Below are positions 45,235-55,516 of a stretch of 64,000 bases of DNA, in pieces (position 1 is the stretch's first letter; the number at the start of each line of letters is the position of its first letter). The stretch is from an uncultured Actinomycetota bacterium. GTDB taxonomy: Bacteria > Actinomycetota > Actinomycetes > Actinomycetales > Dermatophilaceae. The position numbers and the translations under genes were made by a program. The stretch spans positions 20,087 to 84,086 of the forward strand of contig CAWERJ010000022.1 in the NCBI GenBank assembly GCA_963811475.1. Direction: 5' to 3'. Under the pieces are notes generated by a model. The model was not told the DNA's origin, ran no database searches, and worked only from the letters and a program-made list of their open reading frames with translations.

Positions 45235-45621
45235 GGACGAGTCGGGCGGACGGTCGCGTCGGTGGGCAACCACCGCCGAGGAAGGTCCGGGCTCCGAAGG
45301 GCAGGATGGTGGCCAACAGCCACCCGGGGTGACCCGCGGGACAGTGCCACAGAGAACAGACCGCCCCCTCACCGGTTCGCCGGCGGGGGAGCAAGGGTGA
45401 AACGGTGGTGTAAGAGACCACCAGCGGCCTGGGTGACCAGGTCGGCTCGGTAAACCCCATCCGGAGCAAGCCCAGACAGCGTGCGATCGAGGGCGGCCCG
45501 CCCGAGCACGCGGGTAGGGCGCTGGAGGTGGTCGGCAACGGCCACCCGAGATGGATGACCGTCACCGCGTCGCCGGCAACGGCGGGGCGGGACAGAACCC
45601 GGCCTACAGCCCGACTCGTCC
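45235..45621 (+). ncRNA. rnpB: RNase P RNA (type A)
   Basis: GAGGAAGGTCCGGGCTCC, CAGTGCCACAGAGAACAGACCGCC, GGGTGAAACGGTGGTGTAAGAGACCACC, ACAGAACCCGGCCTAC; P1 GGACGAGTCGGGC/GCCCGACTCGTCC; TACAGT -10 at 45223. Confidence 0.97.
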
Positions 45622-45694
45622 CCTACAAGCCGTTGACCTGCGCTTATGTGCTCAGTGAACCCCTCGAGTCCCAGAGAGCCCCAACTCTGAAAGA

Positions 45695-45880
45695 TGTCCC
45701 GCCGAGCTGCGAGTCGACCGCCTGGTGCGTGCGGTCATCCGAGTCCGCTATAGGTGGCCGTAAGTGTCCAGCGTCTCCGCCGCGGTGGCGTGCCCGAGCC
45801 GCACCTGGACTGTCTTGACGCTCTCCCCGCAACGGATGAGCAGCGATGCGTAGTAGTGCCGCGGCAGATGCAGTCCAGTG
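45695..45880 (-). pseudogene. tyrosine integrase C-terminal remnant
   Basis: RHYYASLLI..GESVKTVQVRLGHATAAETLDTYGHL then stop/frameshift, then DSDDRTHQAVD. Confidence 0.8.
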
Positions 45881-46505
45881 CGGTCGACCTCGACAGGTTC
45901 GTCCGGTCGGCACGCCTTCCTGGACTTCGACGACCCGGACAGCATCCCTGATGAGCCGTGGAAACGGGGACTGGATCTGAGCGCCCCGCCTCAAGGCCGA
46001 TTCGGTTCGGGTTCGTGGATGGTTGCGCCCGACTGGCGAGTCCTGAGCCTTGTCGGTCAGAAGAACGGAGGGTGTGGCCCGGTGGTTCGTGTCCAAGAGT
46101 CAGAGTGCACGCGCCTTGAGCGCCCTTGGTAGGGCTCACGGGCTGCGCGTCGCATGACGTGGTGGGAGCCGAGCGACGTCGCCCTTGAGCGGGCTGAGGG
46201 CGGCGTAATGCCGCCATGGGGTCGCGATGCGCTGCCAGAGTGAGGATCTTCTGACTGCGCTGTCTTCGAAAAGGGCTGGGCTGCAAGTCAAGAGATAGTC
46301 ATCTTGGGCTATGGGCACGGCCCGCCCCAGCGTGGAGGATCGGCTGGCAGTGGACCGCCTCCACGGCCTCCCCTCTCGGAGGCTCCACCGACCAGGAAAG
46401 GACGCGCTTCGACGCGCTCCACCGGACGCGCATCCGCGTCCGGCCACCAGCTGGCCCGGCTTACGGCTCACGCGTGCTGGACCGGGATGTTCAGAGAGAA
46501 GACTC

Positions 46506-48473
46506 ATGAGTTATCACCTGTCGCTGTTTTCACGCAAACCGAAGTCACCACCTGGGGATGGCCGGTCGCCGGCCAGAAGGGGTGCGATCGTCGCCCTTGT
46601 CGCCGCACTCGCCGTTCCGGTCGCCGTGCTCGTCGCGCCGAGCGCCTTCGCCGCCGACGGGCCGTACAGCATCGACGGGGACATCCCGGATGGTGGCACC
46701 ACCGAACTGCCCGACCTCTATGGGAGCGTCAAGGAGCTCGGGCCGCTGAACTCGAACTCAACCAAGATCGGGGTCATCCACACAGACGGTCTGCCGACGC
46801 TGGGACTGACGAACCCCAACGCCAACGTCGACCTGCGTCGCGCCTGGCTCGACACCCAGCGCGACACGACCACGAACCACGACTGGCTCTACTTCGCGTG
46901 GGAGCGCGACTCCAACAACGGCAGCGGTTTCATCGCCTACGAGTTCATGAAGAACCCGGCCCCGGCCGCCTGTGCCTATGACACGGCCACTGACGCCCAG
47001 CTGATCGCCAACTGCAACCCGTGGGCGAACCGCAGCGGCGACGACTTCATGATTCTGTGGGACCAGCAGGGCGGCAGTCGTGACCTGTACCTGCGTGAGT
47101 GGTCCGGGACCGCGCCGAACCTGACGCTTGGGGCCCCACAGCTGCTGAACGCCGCGGTCTCCCAGGCCGAGTACGGCAACGATGGGTTCCGAGGAGAGGC
47201 CGCAGTCGACCTGACCGCGACCATCTTCGGCGGCAGCACCGCCTGTCAGACGTTCGCGAACACCATCCCCAGCACGGTGACCGGGAACTCGGACAGTGCC
47301 GACTACAAGGACACCATCCTCAAGACGGCCCCGCCGATCACCAACTGTGAGTCGACGACGGAAACGACCCCGAAGGTCGTGACCGACACCTCGACGACGC
47401 CTGACACCACGGCCAACGTGCCGGCCGGCGGAGCATCGATCGGCTCCGGCGTCCTGGCCGTCGCCGACTCTGCCAAGGTCGACCTCCAGGGCGGCACGGC
47501 GACGCCGACCGGCACCGTCGCGTTCTCGCTCTGCAAGGTGGACGCACCCGGACTGTGCCCCACCGGCGGCACAACCGTCGGCTCGACACCCCTGACCGGC
47601 GCTGCCTATCCCGTCACCGTCCAGTCCCCGACCGCCTATGTCACGTCGGCGGGCCGCTACTGCTGGCGCGCCACGTGGAGTGGTGACGCGGCGAACGGCA
47701 TCCCGGGCTCGAGCGACTCGAAGGTGAACGAGTGCTTCACGGTCAACCCCGTTGACCCGACCCTGTCGACGTCGGCAGGTGCAGATGTCCAACTCGGCAG
47801 CCCCGTGACCGACTCCGCCGTGCTCGGTGGAACGGCCACGCAACCAGCCGACCCGGTGATCAACCTCACCGGCACGGCAGGCGCGGCAGCCGGCGGCACG
47901 ATCACCTTCACGCTGTACGGCCCGAACAACTGCACCACGGTGGCGTACACCTCGGCCGCCGTGCCGGTCTCCGGCAACGGGACCTACAACGCCCAGTTCA
48001 CGCCCACGGCGCCCGGTGACTACCACTGGGTGGCTGCATACAGCGGCGACTCGCCGAACACCAACGGCGTGACGCACAACGCTGGTTGCACCGAGACGGC
48101 TGAGGACGTCACCGTCACCACCGTGGCCACGTCCCTGACCAGTGCGCAGAGGTGGGTGCCGAACGACTCGGTGACCGTCACTGCCCCCGCCGGCAGCGGC
48201 AACCTGGCCGGTACGGTGTCGTTCGCGCTGTACGCATCGAGTGACTGCGCGGTCGGTGGAGACGCCGCCATCTACAGCACCACGGCCACCGTGGCCGGAG
48301 CCTCCCCGCAGACTGTGTCGACGTCGAACACGACGGCCCAGCTCGCATCCGGCTCCTACTCATGGTCGGTGAGCTACACCAGCACCAACGGCGCCCAGCG
48401 GCCCATCCCGGCCACCTGCCACGAGACGTCGGACCTCACGGTCGTCAACGGCGGGACGGTGAGCAGCCCCTGA
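46506..48473 (+). CDS. large secreted protein with three C-terminal Ig-like repeats
   Basis: Signal-like RRGAIVALVAALAVPVAVLVAPSAFA; repeats GT[VI].F.L....C...G.Y.W...[YW]; Thr-rich; start approximate. Confidence 0.8.
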   Translation: MSYHLSLFSRKPKSPPGDGRSPARRGAIVALVAALAVPVAVLVAPSAFAADGPYSIDGDIPDGGTTELPDLYGSVKELGPLNSNSTKIGVIHTDGLPTLGLTNPNANVDLRRAWLDTQRDTTTNHDWLYFAWERDSNNGSGFIAYEFMKNPAPAACAYDTATDAQLIANCNPWANRSGDDFMILWDQQGGSRDLYLREWSGTAPNLTLGAPQLLNAAVSQAEYGNDGFRGEAAVDLTATIFGGSTACQTFANTIPSTVTGNSDSADYKDTILKTAPPITNCESTTETTPKVVTDTSTTPDTTANVPAGGASIGSGVLAVADSAKVDLQGGTATPTGTVAFSLCKVDAPGLCPTGGTTVGSTPLTGAAYPVTVQSPTAYVTSAGRYCWRATWSGDAANGIPGSSDSKVNECFTVNPVDPTLSTSAGADVQLGSPVTDSAVLGGTATQPADPVINLTGTAGAAAGGTITFTLYGPNNCTTVAYTSAAVPVSGNGTYNAQFTPTAPGDYHWVAAYSGDSPNTNGVTHNAGCTETAEDVTVTTVATSLTSAQRWVPNDSVTVTAPAGSGNLAGTVSFALYASSDCAVGGDAAIYSTTATVAGASPQTVSTSNTTAQLASGSYSWSVSYTSTNGAQRPIPATCHETSDLTVVNGGTVSSP

Positions 48474-48527
48474 GCAACGGCAAGACGCTGGACTCCGCAC
48501 AACGTGGCGGGTCTGACGAGAATCAAA

Positions 48528-48563
48528 GGGCAGGGCCGGTACCCATACGGGTACCGGCCCTGC
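48528..48563 (+). terminator. stem-loop terminator
   Basis: GGCAGGGCCGGTACCC-ATAC-GGGTACCGGCCCTGCC perfect 16-bp stem. Confidence 0.8.
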
Positions 48564-48826
48564 CGTCACTCGGCCTCCCGTCAGAAGCCCTGCGTAGCCT
48601 CAGTGGGCACGGACGGCTCGCAGCACTCGACGCGCGACTACGAGCCGGCCACGGACGGCACCGAGGAGGCGTGGGCCGAGCTGTAGGCCTCCAGGGTTGG
48701 CGCACCTGGCACCCGTCGGGCGTCTGGGTCACGGTCGGCAGACGGCGCGTGCGACGTTGGGCCCTGCGCCGGTCGTGCACGCGCCCTGGTCCGCTCACGA
48801 CCACGGGGCTGTGTGTAGAGATGGCG

Positions 48827-49252
48827 CTACGGCGCGTTGCGGTCCAGGTCTGCGAAGGCGGCCCACATGACGAAGAAGTCGAGCGCGAGCACGACGCAGG
48901 CCGCAACCGGGTTGTACGGGATCCACAGGAAGTTGCCGAACATGCTGAGCGCCGCGACGGCGACCGCTACCCCCCGCGCCCAGTCGGCCCGGCGGCGCAG
49001 CGCGATGCCGGCGGCGATGGCTGCGACACCGAGCGCCAGGTGGGCCCACCCCCACTTCGAGCCGTCGGAACCGAGGAAGTACCCCTTGGCGGTGGTGAAG
49101 TCGTCGTCGCTGAACAGCGCCCCGAATCCCTGCACCAGGTGGAGGACGCCCACGATGATGAGGAGCACGGCAGCGAACGAGGTCGACGCGACGCGCCGGT
49201 GGCTGTCGTATGTGCGCAAGGGGAGGCCCCGCGAGTCAACCTTCTTGGCCAT
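48827..49252 (-). CDS. small actinobacterial membrane protein (DUF7144-like)
   Basis: FAAVLLIIVG...WGWAHLALG...WARGVAV...NFLWIPYNP. Confidence 0.75.
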   Translation of the reverse strand: MAKKVDSRGLPLRTYDSHRRVASTSFAAVLLIIVGVLHLVQGFGALFSDDDFTTAKGYFLGSDGSKWGWAHLALGVAAIAAGIALRRRADWARGVAVAVAALSMFGNFLWIPYNPVAACVVLALDFFVMWAAFADLDRNAP

Positions 49253-49656
49253 GGGCTCGTCCTTCCTGGCGCGTTGGCGCCCGGGGTGTCCCGGCGTCGA
49301 GGAACGACTGTCCTCCTCGCTGCATCCACCACGCCTCACCCGTACCGGATGACAACCGTTGCCGTGGCCGCGCAGTCGCCGAGACGAATACGGATGCCTC
49401 CCGGTCGCGAGGGGGCAACCCCCTTATCCCCTGTCGATTGCGAGGGGAGTCAGTTCACGATCACCACGCAGCAGCCGTCGGCGGCGGGAAGGCGATTCGC
49501 CCCGCGCCCTCATCGGCCTGGGCTGGCTGGTCGTCAAGTTCCTGATTCCGATGGCCCCCCGGCGTTCCTGATTGTCCTCCTGACCCTGTACCCGTCCTTG
49601 CGGAGATGAAGGCGTGAAGCGCCCTCGGGCGTGCTCACCGACCGGGGCGGGCGAGG

Positions 49657-50160
49657 ATGATCGTCGTGACCGGGCCGCCCGGGGCGGGCAAGTCCACTGT
49701 TGCCGAGCACCTGGCGCAGCTTCTTCACCTGAGTGCGGTGCTGGCGGGTGATGACTTCTTCGGCTTCTGAGGAACGGGGCGCTCGACCCGTGGCGGCCGG
49801 AAGCCCGCGAGCAGAACACCGTGGTGCTGGTGGCCGCAGCCGTGGCAACGGGGCGGTTCGCGGCTCATTGCGTCGTGGTCGACGACGGGGTCCTCCGGCC
49901 CTGGTTCCTGGAGGCTTTCATGGCGGAAGCAGGGGTGCAGCGGCTCCACTACGCCGTGCTCTTGCCACCATTGGAGGGGTGCCTTCGGCGGGTCGATGTG
50001 CGTCAGGGGCACGGCCTTACTGACGGTGACGTCGCCCGCACACATGTGGCAGGAGTCCGCCGAGCACAGCTCGATCCGCGACACGTCCTCACCGATCACG
50101 GCCATGGACCGGCGGATGTCGCCCCGCCCTGTCCGAACAGCTCGGAGGTAGAGCGATCCG
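49657..50160 (+). pseudogene. P-loop kinase/AAA-family pseudogene
   Basis: MIVVTGPPGAGKST...GDDFFGF then in-frame TGA and frame change; continues LHYAVLLPPLEGCLRRV. Confidence 0.65.
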
Positions 50161-50287
50161 CTACCGGTGAGACGCATCACTCTCGCCGCCTGCCTGGCCG
50201 CGGTGGCTGCGGGCGGCGTGCGGGTGCATGGCAGGTCGCGGCATGAGGTGAGGTGGCCTGCGAGACGCACCAAGCGACCCCAACTGG

Positions 50288-51103
50288 TCAGCCAATCCCC
50301 GGCTGCTGTGGTTCGACCCCGGCGGTTGCGGCGAGCACCTTGGCGGCGCACTTGCCCATGTGTTCGGACCGCGCCTGTGGAGTCATGCCCATGAAGTGCA
50401 GGGCATGTGGGTTCGGGACTGTGGGCCGGGTGGCGTAGGACTGCGGGGTGGAGTTGTAGCAGCTGTCGACGGTGCGCCCCTCCAGGTATGGCTGGTTCCA
50501 GCCCGGTGGCAGCCAGCTCGTGCCAGTCAGGAAGGCGGTACCGGTCCCGGGCCGGGCCCAACGGTACTGCGCATCTCCTCGGTTCCAGCCCAGGGCGGCC
50601 AGGACGGCGCCTTGGTCGGCCCACGGCCCGGGTTGTTGTCCGGCGGCTTCGACCGCGTCGAGGAACGCGAAGGCTTGCGGGCAGGAGCGCATCAGCCAGA
50701 CTCCGGTATTCGGGTTGATCCTGTGCTCGAACGGCACCTGTTCGAGCGCCAGGGCCTGAAAGTGGTCGGGGTGGAGGTGCGCTGCGATGTCCTCGTCTGT
50801 GCGCAGAAGGAGGACGTCTGCGTCCAGCCACAGCGCGAGTGGGAACTCCGACAAGGCCTGGCGCATCAGGTCGACCTTGGCCCACTTGGCGTGTTGGGCG
50901 CCAGCGTCGGCTGCGGTCCCGTCGTGAGTGAGGTCGACGGCTCGGACCTGGTACCCCCACCGGTTCGCGAAGATCGCGAAGGTGGGGACGGCGAACCGGT
51001 GCAGCAGGGGGCGCATGTTCGGGCCGGCCGCTGTCACCACCACACCACCAGCACCGCGCTCACTACTCATGGGATCGTGCGAATTCACGGGGTGCGCCGT
51101 CAT
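50288..51103 (-). CDS. GT-A fold glycosyltransferase (GMA12/MNN10, GT34-like)
   Basis: WAKVDLMRQAL, WLDADVL (DxD), NTGVWLMR, WADQGA, LHFMG. Confidence 0.75.
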   Translation of the reverse strand: MTAHPVNSHDPMSSERGAGGVVVTAAGPNMRPLLHRFAVPTFAIFANRWGYQVRAVDLTHDGTAADAGAQHAKWAKVDLMRQALSEFPLALWLDADVLLLRTDEDIAAHLHPDHFQALALEQVPFEHRINPNTGVWLMRSCPQAFAFLDAVEAAGQQPGPWADQGAVLAALGWNRGDAQYRWARPGTGTAFLTGTSWLPPGWNQPYLEGRTVDSCYNSTPQSYATRPTVPNPHALHFMGMTPQARSEHMGKCAAKVLAATAGVEPQQPGIG

Positions 51104-51432
51104 GATGTCCTTCCGGGCCGGCCGCGCAGTCGACATGCGGCATGCGGCATGCGTTGGCTCATGGTGCACCCCGGGACGTGTTCAGCGGAGAGAAGGAAGC
51201 GAACGGCGGGCGGCAGGCGACCATCCACAATCCGTTCGGGCACCGGTCGGTGCTCAACCAGCCGCTGAATCGACGTCGCGTAGGAGCACGGCCTGGCCAG
51301 ACCGTGACCCTGCGCTCGGCAGACGGGTAGCGCACCGGGTTCGGCGCAGCACGCAACGGTTTGTTGCTCGCGCCCCCGGGTACGCCGTGCAGTATTCCGC
51401 CTTCCGCAGAGGCCTGACCCACTGGAGCCCAC

Positions 51433-52434
51433 ATGTCCGAAACACCCACGACCCCTCCGCCCGCCCGCGCGCCCGACGCAGTGACCGGGGAAACCGGCGA
51501 GGGGGCCGCCCCGGCACCGGACGCCACCGAGACGGTCGCTTCGGCACCGGACCCCACCGAAGCGGCCGCCCTGGAAGGGGACGCGACCGAGACCCCCGCC
51601 CTTGCACCCGCCGCCCGGGCGAGTGGCGAGCCGGCGTCGGATCTGCCCCCTACGGATGTGCCCACGAGCAGGCAGCCCACTGAGGAGCCGGGCCCCCCGG
51701 CCGCAGCGCCCGCGGGCGGGGACGACGGGGGGCAGACCAGCTTGGCCGCCCCGTCTGCGCCAGTACGTTCACTGAGCTATGCGGTCGACATCGTCTTCTG
51801 CATCGACGTCACCGGGAGCATGACTCCGATCCTCGACGCCGTGAAGGCGAACGCCCTGCGCTTCTATGCGGACGTGCAGAACAACCTGGTCAACAAGGGC
51901 AAGAACGTCGACGAGCTGAGGGTGCGCGTGGTGGCCTTCCGCGACTTCGCGGCGGATGGCGACGCCGCCATGCAGGAGTCCCCGTTCTTTGCCCTGCCCG
52001 CAGACCAGGAGGACTTCAGCGCCTTCGTCAACGGTCTCGTGGCTGAGGGCGGCGGGGACGCTCCGGAGTCGGGCCTCGAGGCCGTCTCGCTCGCGATGAG
52101 CTCGCCGTGGACGACCCGCGGGGACCGGCGGCGTCAGGTCATTGTCGTGTGGACCGACCAGCCGGCGCAGCCGCTCAACCCGGCAGCGCTGCCCGAGACG
52201 TACCGCGGACGCGTGCCCGCCGACTTCAGCGCGCTCACCGACGCATGGGAGGACGCCCAGGGGACATTGGGATCAAGCAGCAAGCGGCTCATCCTCTTCG
52301 CCCCGGACGGGCCGGGGTGGAGCGACATCTCCTCGGTGTGGGAGAACGTCGTGCACCACCCGTCGCAGGCCGGTGGCGGGCTCTCCGACGTGGACTACGG
52401 CACGATCATCGACTCCATCGGGAACTCCGTGTGA
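51433..52434 (+). CDS. von Willebrand factor A domain protein with low-complexity N-terminus
   Basis: MIDAS DIVFCIDVTGSM, VVAFRD, GGGDAPES, VWTD. Confidence 0.88.
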   Translation: MSETPTTPPPARAPDAVTGETGEGAAPAPDATETVASAPDPTEAAALEGDATETPALAPAARASGEPASDLPPTDVPTSRQPTEEPGPPAAAPAGGDDGGQTSLAAPSAPVRSLSYAVDIVFCIDVTGSMTPILDAVKANALRFYADVQNNLVNKGKNVDELRVRVVAFRDFAADGDAAMQESPFFALPADQEDFSAFVNGLVAEGGGDAPESGLEAVSLAMSSPWTTRGDRRRQVIVVWTDQPAQPLNPAALPETYRGRVPADFSALTDAWEDAQGTLGSSSKRLILFAPDGPGWSDISSVWENVVHHPSQAGGGLSDVDYGTIIDSIGNSV

Positions 52435-53756
52435 GCGAGGCGGACAAGTCCGGGGCCGGATCCGCGAGAGACTTCGCGCCGGTCGACGGCGCGGGGCCAG
52501 TGGCGTCCACGGGCACCGCTGAGCCGGACGCGGCACCTGACGTGCCCGCCAGCTCGGCGGACGCGTCCGGGACCGCCGCCGGCCCAGAGGCGGCGGACGA
52601 AGGACCGCTGGAGGATGTCCCCACCGGCGCCCACGCTGGTGAACAGGATGCGCGGGCGCGGGCGCGGTCCGGGGAAGACCTATGGAACCCGGAGCATGAG
52701 GAGGAGGAGGACGCTGTGGCGCCCTCGCCAGCGGGGCCCCGCGTCGCACTCGGGTTCAACCTCGCCAAGATCCCTGACCACGGGGAGGACTCCGACCCGA
52801 TCGTCCGCCACGGCCGGCACCTGGGCCTGGTCGCCGTCTTCGACGGGATGGGCGGCGCCGGTGGCACCGTCTACGAGACACCCGAAGGGCCGCGCACCGG
52901 TGCATACCTGGCCTCCCGGGTGGCCAGGGACGTGGTCGAGCCGCGCATGCTTCGCCTCCTCGACCCGGAGTGGAACCTGGACGGACCCGCCGCAGCCCGC
53001 GACCTGCAGCGAGCGGTCAAGCAGGCGCTGGTCGAGACGCTCGGGGAGCTCAACGCCCCGGCCAGCGGTCTGCGCTCGCGGCTCATCCGCGCGCTGCCGA
53101 CGACCATGGCGATGATGGCGTTGCAGCGGCGGGACTCCGAGGGTGACCGCTGGACCGGCCACCTGCTGTGGAGCGGTGACTCGCGGGTCTACGTCCTTCA
53201 CCCGGGAACGGGGGCGCACCAGCTCACCACCGACGACATCCGCGATGCCGGGGACGCCATGGTGAACCTGCGCCAGGACTCGGTCCTGAGCAACGTGATG
53301 TCAGCGGATACCGACTTCGTCGTGCGGAACCGGGAAGTCGAGCTCGAGGCGCCGTTCGTGGCGATCGCCGCCACCGACGGCTGCTTCGGCTACCTGCCAA
53401 GCCCGATGCACTTCGAGTACCTGGTCCTCGCGGCGTTGCGGGACAGCCGCGACGCCGATGACTGGTCGGCGGCGATGCAGTCCGCGATCAGCGCCGTGAC
53501 CGGCGACGACGCGGCCATGGGACTGCTCTCGGTGGGCGCCAACCACGCTGAGCTGCAGGAGCTGTTCGCCCCCCGGACCACCGAGCTGGACCGTCGGTGG
53601 ATCCAGCCGCTGGACGAGCTGGGGGCTGAAGTGCGTCGGGCGGAGCAGGCGCTGGAGCAGGCTCGTCGCCGCCAGGTGACCGGACAGGCGCAGCTGTGGG
53701 GGGCCTACAAGGGCGAATACGAACGCTACTTCGGCGAGTCCGACGAGGGGGCGTGA
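52431..53756 (+). CDS. PP2C-family Ser/Thr phosphatase with C-terminal coiled coil
   Basis: GEDS, VFDGMGG, WSGDSRVY, ATDG, GDD; GTGA overlap with the vWA stop. Confidence 0.85.
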   Translation: MSEADKSGAGSARDFAPVDGAGPVASTGTAEPDAAPDVPASSADASGTAAGPEAADEGPLEDVPTGAHAGEQDARARARSGEDLWNPEHEEEEDAVAPSPAGPRVALGFNLAKIPDHGEDSDPIVRHGRHLGLVAVFDGMGGAGGTVYETPEGPRTGAYLASRVARDVVEPRMLRLLDPEWNLDGPAAARDLQRAVKQALVETLGELNAPASGLRSRLIRALPTTMAMMALQRRDSEGDRWTGHLLWSGDSRVYVLHPGTGAHQLTTDDIRDAGDAMVNLRQDSVLSNVMSADTDFVVRNREVELEAPFVAIAATDGCFGYLPSPMHFEYLVLAALRDSRDADDWSAAMQSAISAVTGDDAAMGLLSVGANHAELQELFAPRTTELDRRWIQPLDELGAEVRRAEQALEQARRRQVTGQAQLWGAYKGEYERYFGESDEGA

Positions 53757-54949
53757 TGGCGGGAACAGACGTGCTGCGGGCCGGTGACATGTTGCGCGGT
53801 TACCGGCTCCTCGAGGACTTCCGCGTGGTCGGCGCCGGGCTCAGCGAGTGGACCTTCGCCGAGCAGGGCGGGCGGATCTACTTCGTGAAGCGCTTCCTCA
53901 GCCCCACGTACCCGGACGACGCGGCCCCCGGGAGCCCCAAGACGAAGGCCAGAAAGCGCGAGCGGTGCGCCGCCTTCGAAGCGCACCACCGGGGCATCCA
54001 GGTGGCCATGGCGCCGCTGACGACGTACGGCGGCAACCTCATCGCCACCCTCGACTTCTTCCGCGAGGGTGCGAAGTACTACAAGGTCACGGAGAAGGTC
54101 GACCTGGCGGGCTTGGCAGCCGGGGACGTGGCCCGGCTGAACTTTCCTGCCCAGCTGGTACTCCTCAAAACGGTGGCGCACAGCCTGAAGATCCTGCACG
54201 ACCTGAGGATCGTCCACAGCGACCTCAAGCCCAGCAACGTGCTCATCAAACGCACCGAGCTGGGCTACACGACCAAGCTCATCGACTTCGACAGCTCCTA
54301 CATCGTCGGGACGCCGCCGCCCCCGGAGGACATTGTGGGGACGATGACGCACTACTCACCGGAGCTCGTCCGCTACATCCAAGGTGCGGCTGACCCGGCT
54401 GAGCTGACCCAGGCATCCGACATCTTCGCGCTCGGGTTGATCTACACCGAGTACCTCACCGGGTCCCTACCGGCGTTCGACCCGGCCTACCCCCAGGCCG
54501 CAATCGCAGCGCTGCACGGCCAGCGGCTACGGGTGACCACCGACAGGGCCCCTGCTGACGTGCGCGACCTGGTGGAGCGGATGATGCTGCTCGACCGGGC
54601 CGCCCGGCCCACGGTCGCCGAGGTGCACGGGACCCTGATGGGCATCCGCAGCACCCGCAGCACCCGCGGCCGCCTTCCACCCCCGCCTCGGCCGCCGATC
54701 CCCGTGCGCAGCCCCACGACACCCGGGCCTGCACCCGCTACCTCCACGGCGACCGTACCCTCGGCGATGCCCGCAGACCCGACCAAGCGCTCGGGGCTGC
54801 GTGGGAAGGGATTGAACATCGCCGCACGGGGCAGCGGGACCGCGGTCGCGGCGACACCGACCGCGCGCCCAACGAACCCACCGGCGGAACGCGGCACTGG
54901 CCTGCTCGGCCGGTTGGCCTCGCGGATCGAATCCCGGCGCTCCCGGTGA
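53756..54949 (+). CDS. Ser/Thr protein kinase with Pro/Thr-rich tail
   Basis: FVKR, HSDLKPSN, IDFD, GT..YSPE, SDIFALG; TGATG overlap. Confidence 0.9.
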   Translation: MAGTDVLRAGDMLRGYRLLEDFRVVGAGLSEWTFAEQGGRIYFVKRFLSPTYPDDAAPGSPKTKARKRERCAAFEAHHRGIQVAMAPLTTYGGNLIATLDFFREGAKYYKVTEKVDLAGLAAGDVARLNFPAQLVLLKTVAHSLKILHDLRIVHSDLKPSNVLIKRTELGYTTKLIDFDSSYIVGTPPPPEDIVGTMTHYSPELVRYIQGAADPAELTQASDIFALGLIYTEYLTGSLPAFDPAYPQAAIAALHGQRLRVTTDRAPADVRDLVERMMLLDRAARPTVAEVHGTLMGIRSTRSTRGRLPPPPRPPIPVRSPTTPGPAPATSTATVPSAMPADPTKRSGLRGKGLNIAARGSGTAVAATPTARPTNPPAERGTGLLGRLASRIESRRSR

Positions 54950-55263
54950 CCACTTCGACGCCGGTGTGGCGCTGCGCCGTCTGCGAGACCGTGAACGCGG
55001 GAGGCACTAGTTGCGGCGCGTGCGGCGCCGTGATGACTCACCGCTCACGGGCCGTTAACACCGCCCGCGCCCGGGTCATGCCGTTGCCGCCCCCGCCACC
55101 GCCTCCGCCGGAGTTGCCGGACCCAGTCCAACGGGCGATCAACCGGGAGCCGGTCGACGAGGAGGAGTGGGGCTACGAGGACCAGAAGCTCCGGATGATC
55201 CCGGTGCCGGGCGGCTGCATCATGGTCAGCACTCCTCGTCGCCGTGACCACGGCGGCTGGTGA
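54946..55263 (+). CDS. small protein with N-terminal C4 (RanBP2/NZF-like) zinc finger
   Basis: WRCAVCETVN....SCGACG, polyproline linker; GTGA overlap with the kinase stop. Confidence 0.7.
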   Translation: MTTSTPVWRCAVCETVNAGGTSCGACGAVMTHRSRAVNTARARVMPLPPPPPPPPELPDPVQRAINREPVDEEEWGYEDQKLRMIPVPGGCIMVSTPRRRDHGGW

Positions 55264-55516
55264 CGTCCAGAGAACAGGCGTTCCGGCTCGTTGATACAAG
55301 CAGCCGCGGTAGCTCGCACCACCTGTGGCGGACGGCCACTAGGAGAGGGGAGTTGTGAACAATATCCGGGCTAGGGGCCGTGAAAGCGTTCCCAACAAAC
55401 GCAGCTGAGTGACCACCTGCCATGGTGGCGGACTTCTACTGGCGAACATGGAAACCTTACCGACGTCGCCGAGAGTCAACGCGTGGTGAATACCCTCTGT
55501 CGTCCGCAAGCAACTC

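Noticed and set aside
45948-45975. Hammerhead-like CTGATGAG-CCGT-GGAA-ACGG
   Set aside because: Stem II is followed by GGACT, not the required CGAAA, and no stems I/III with a UH site are evident
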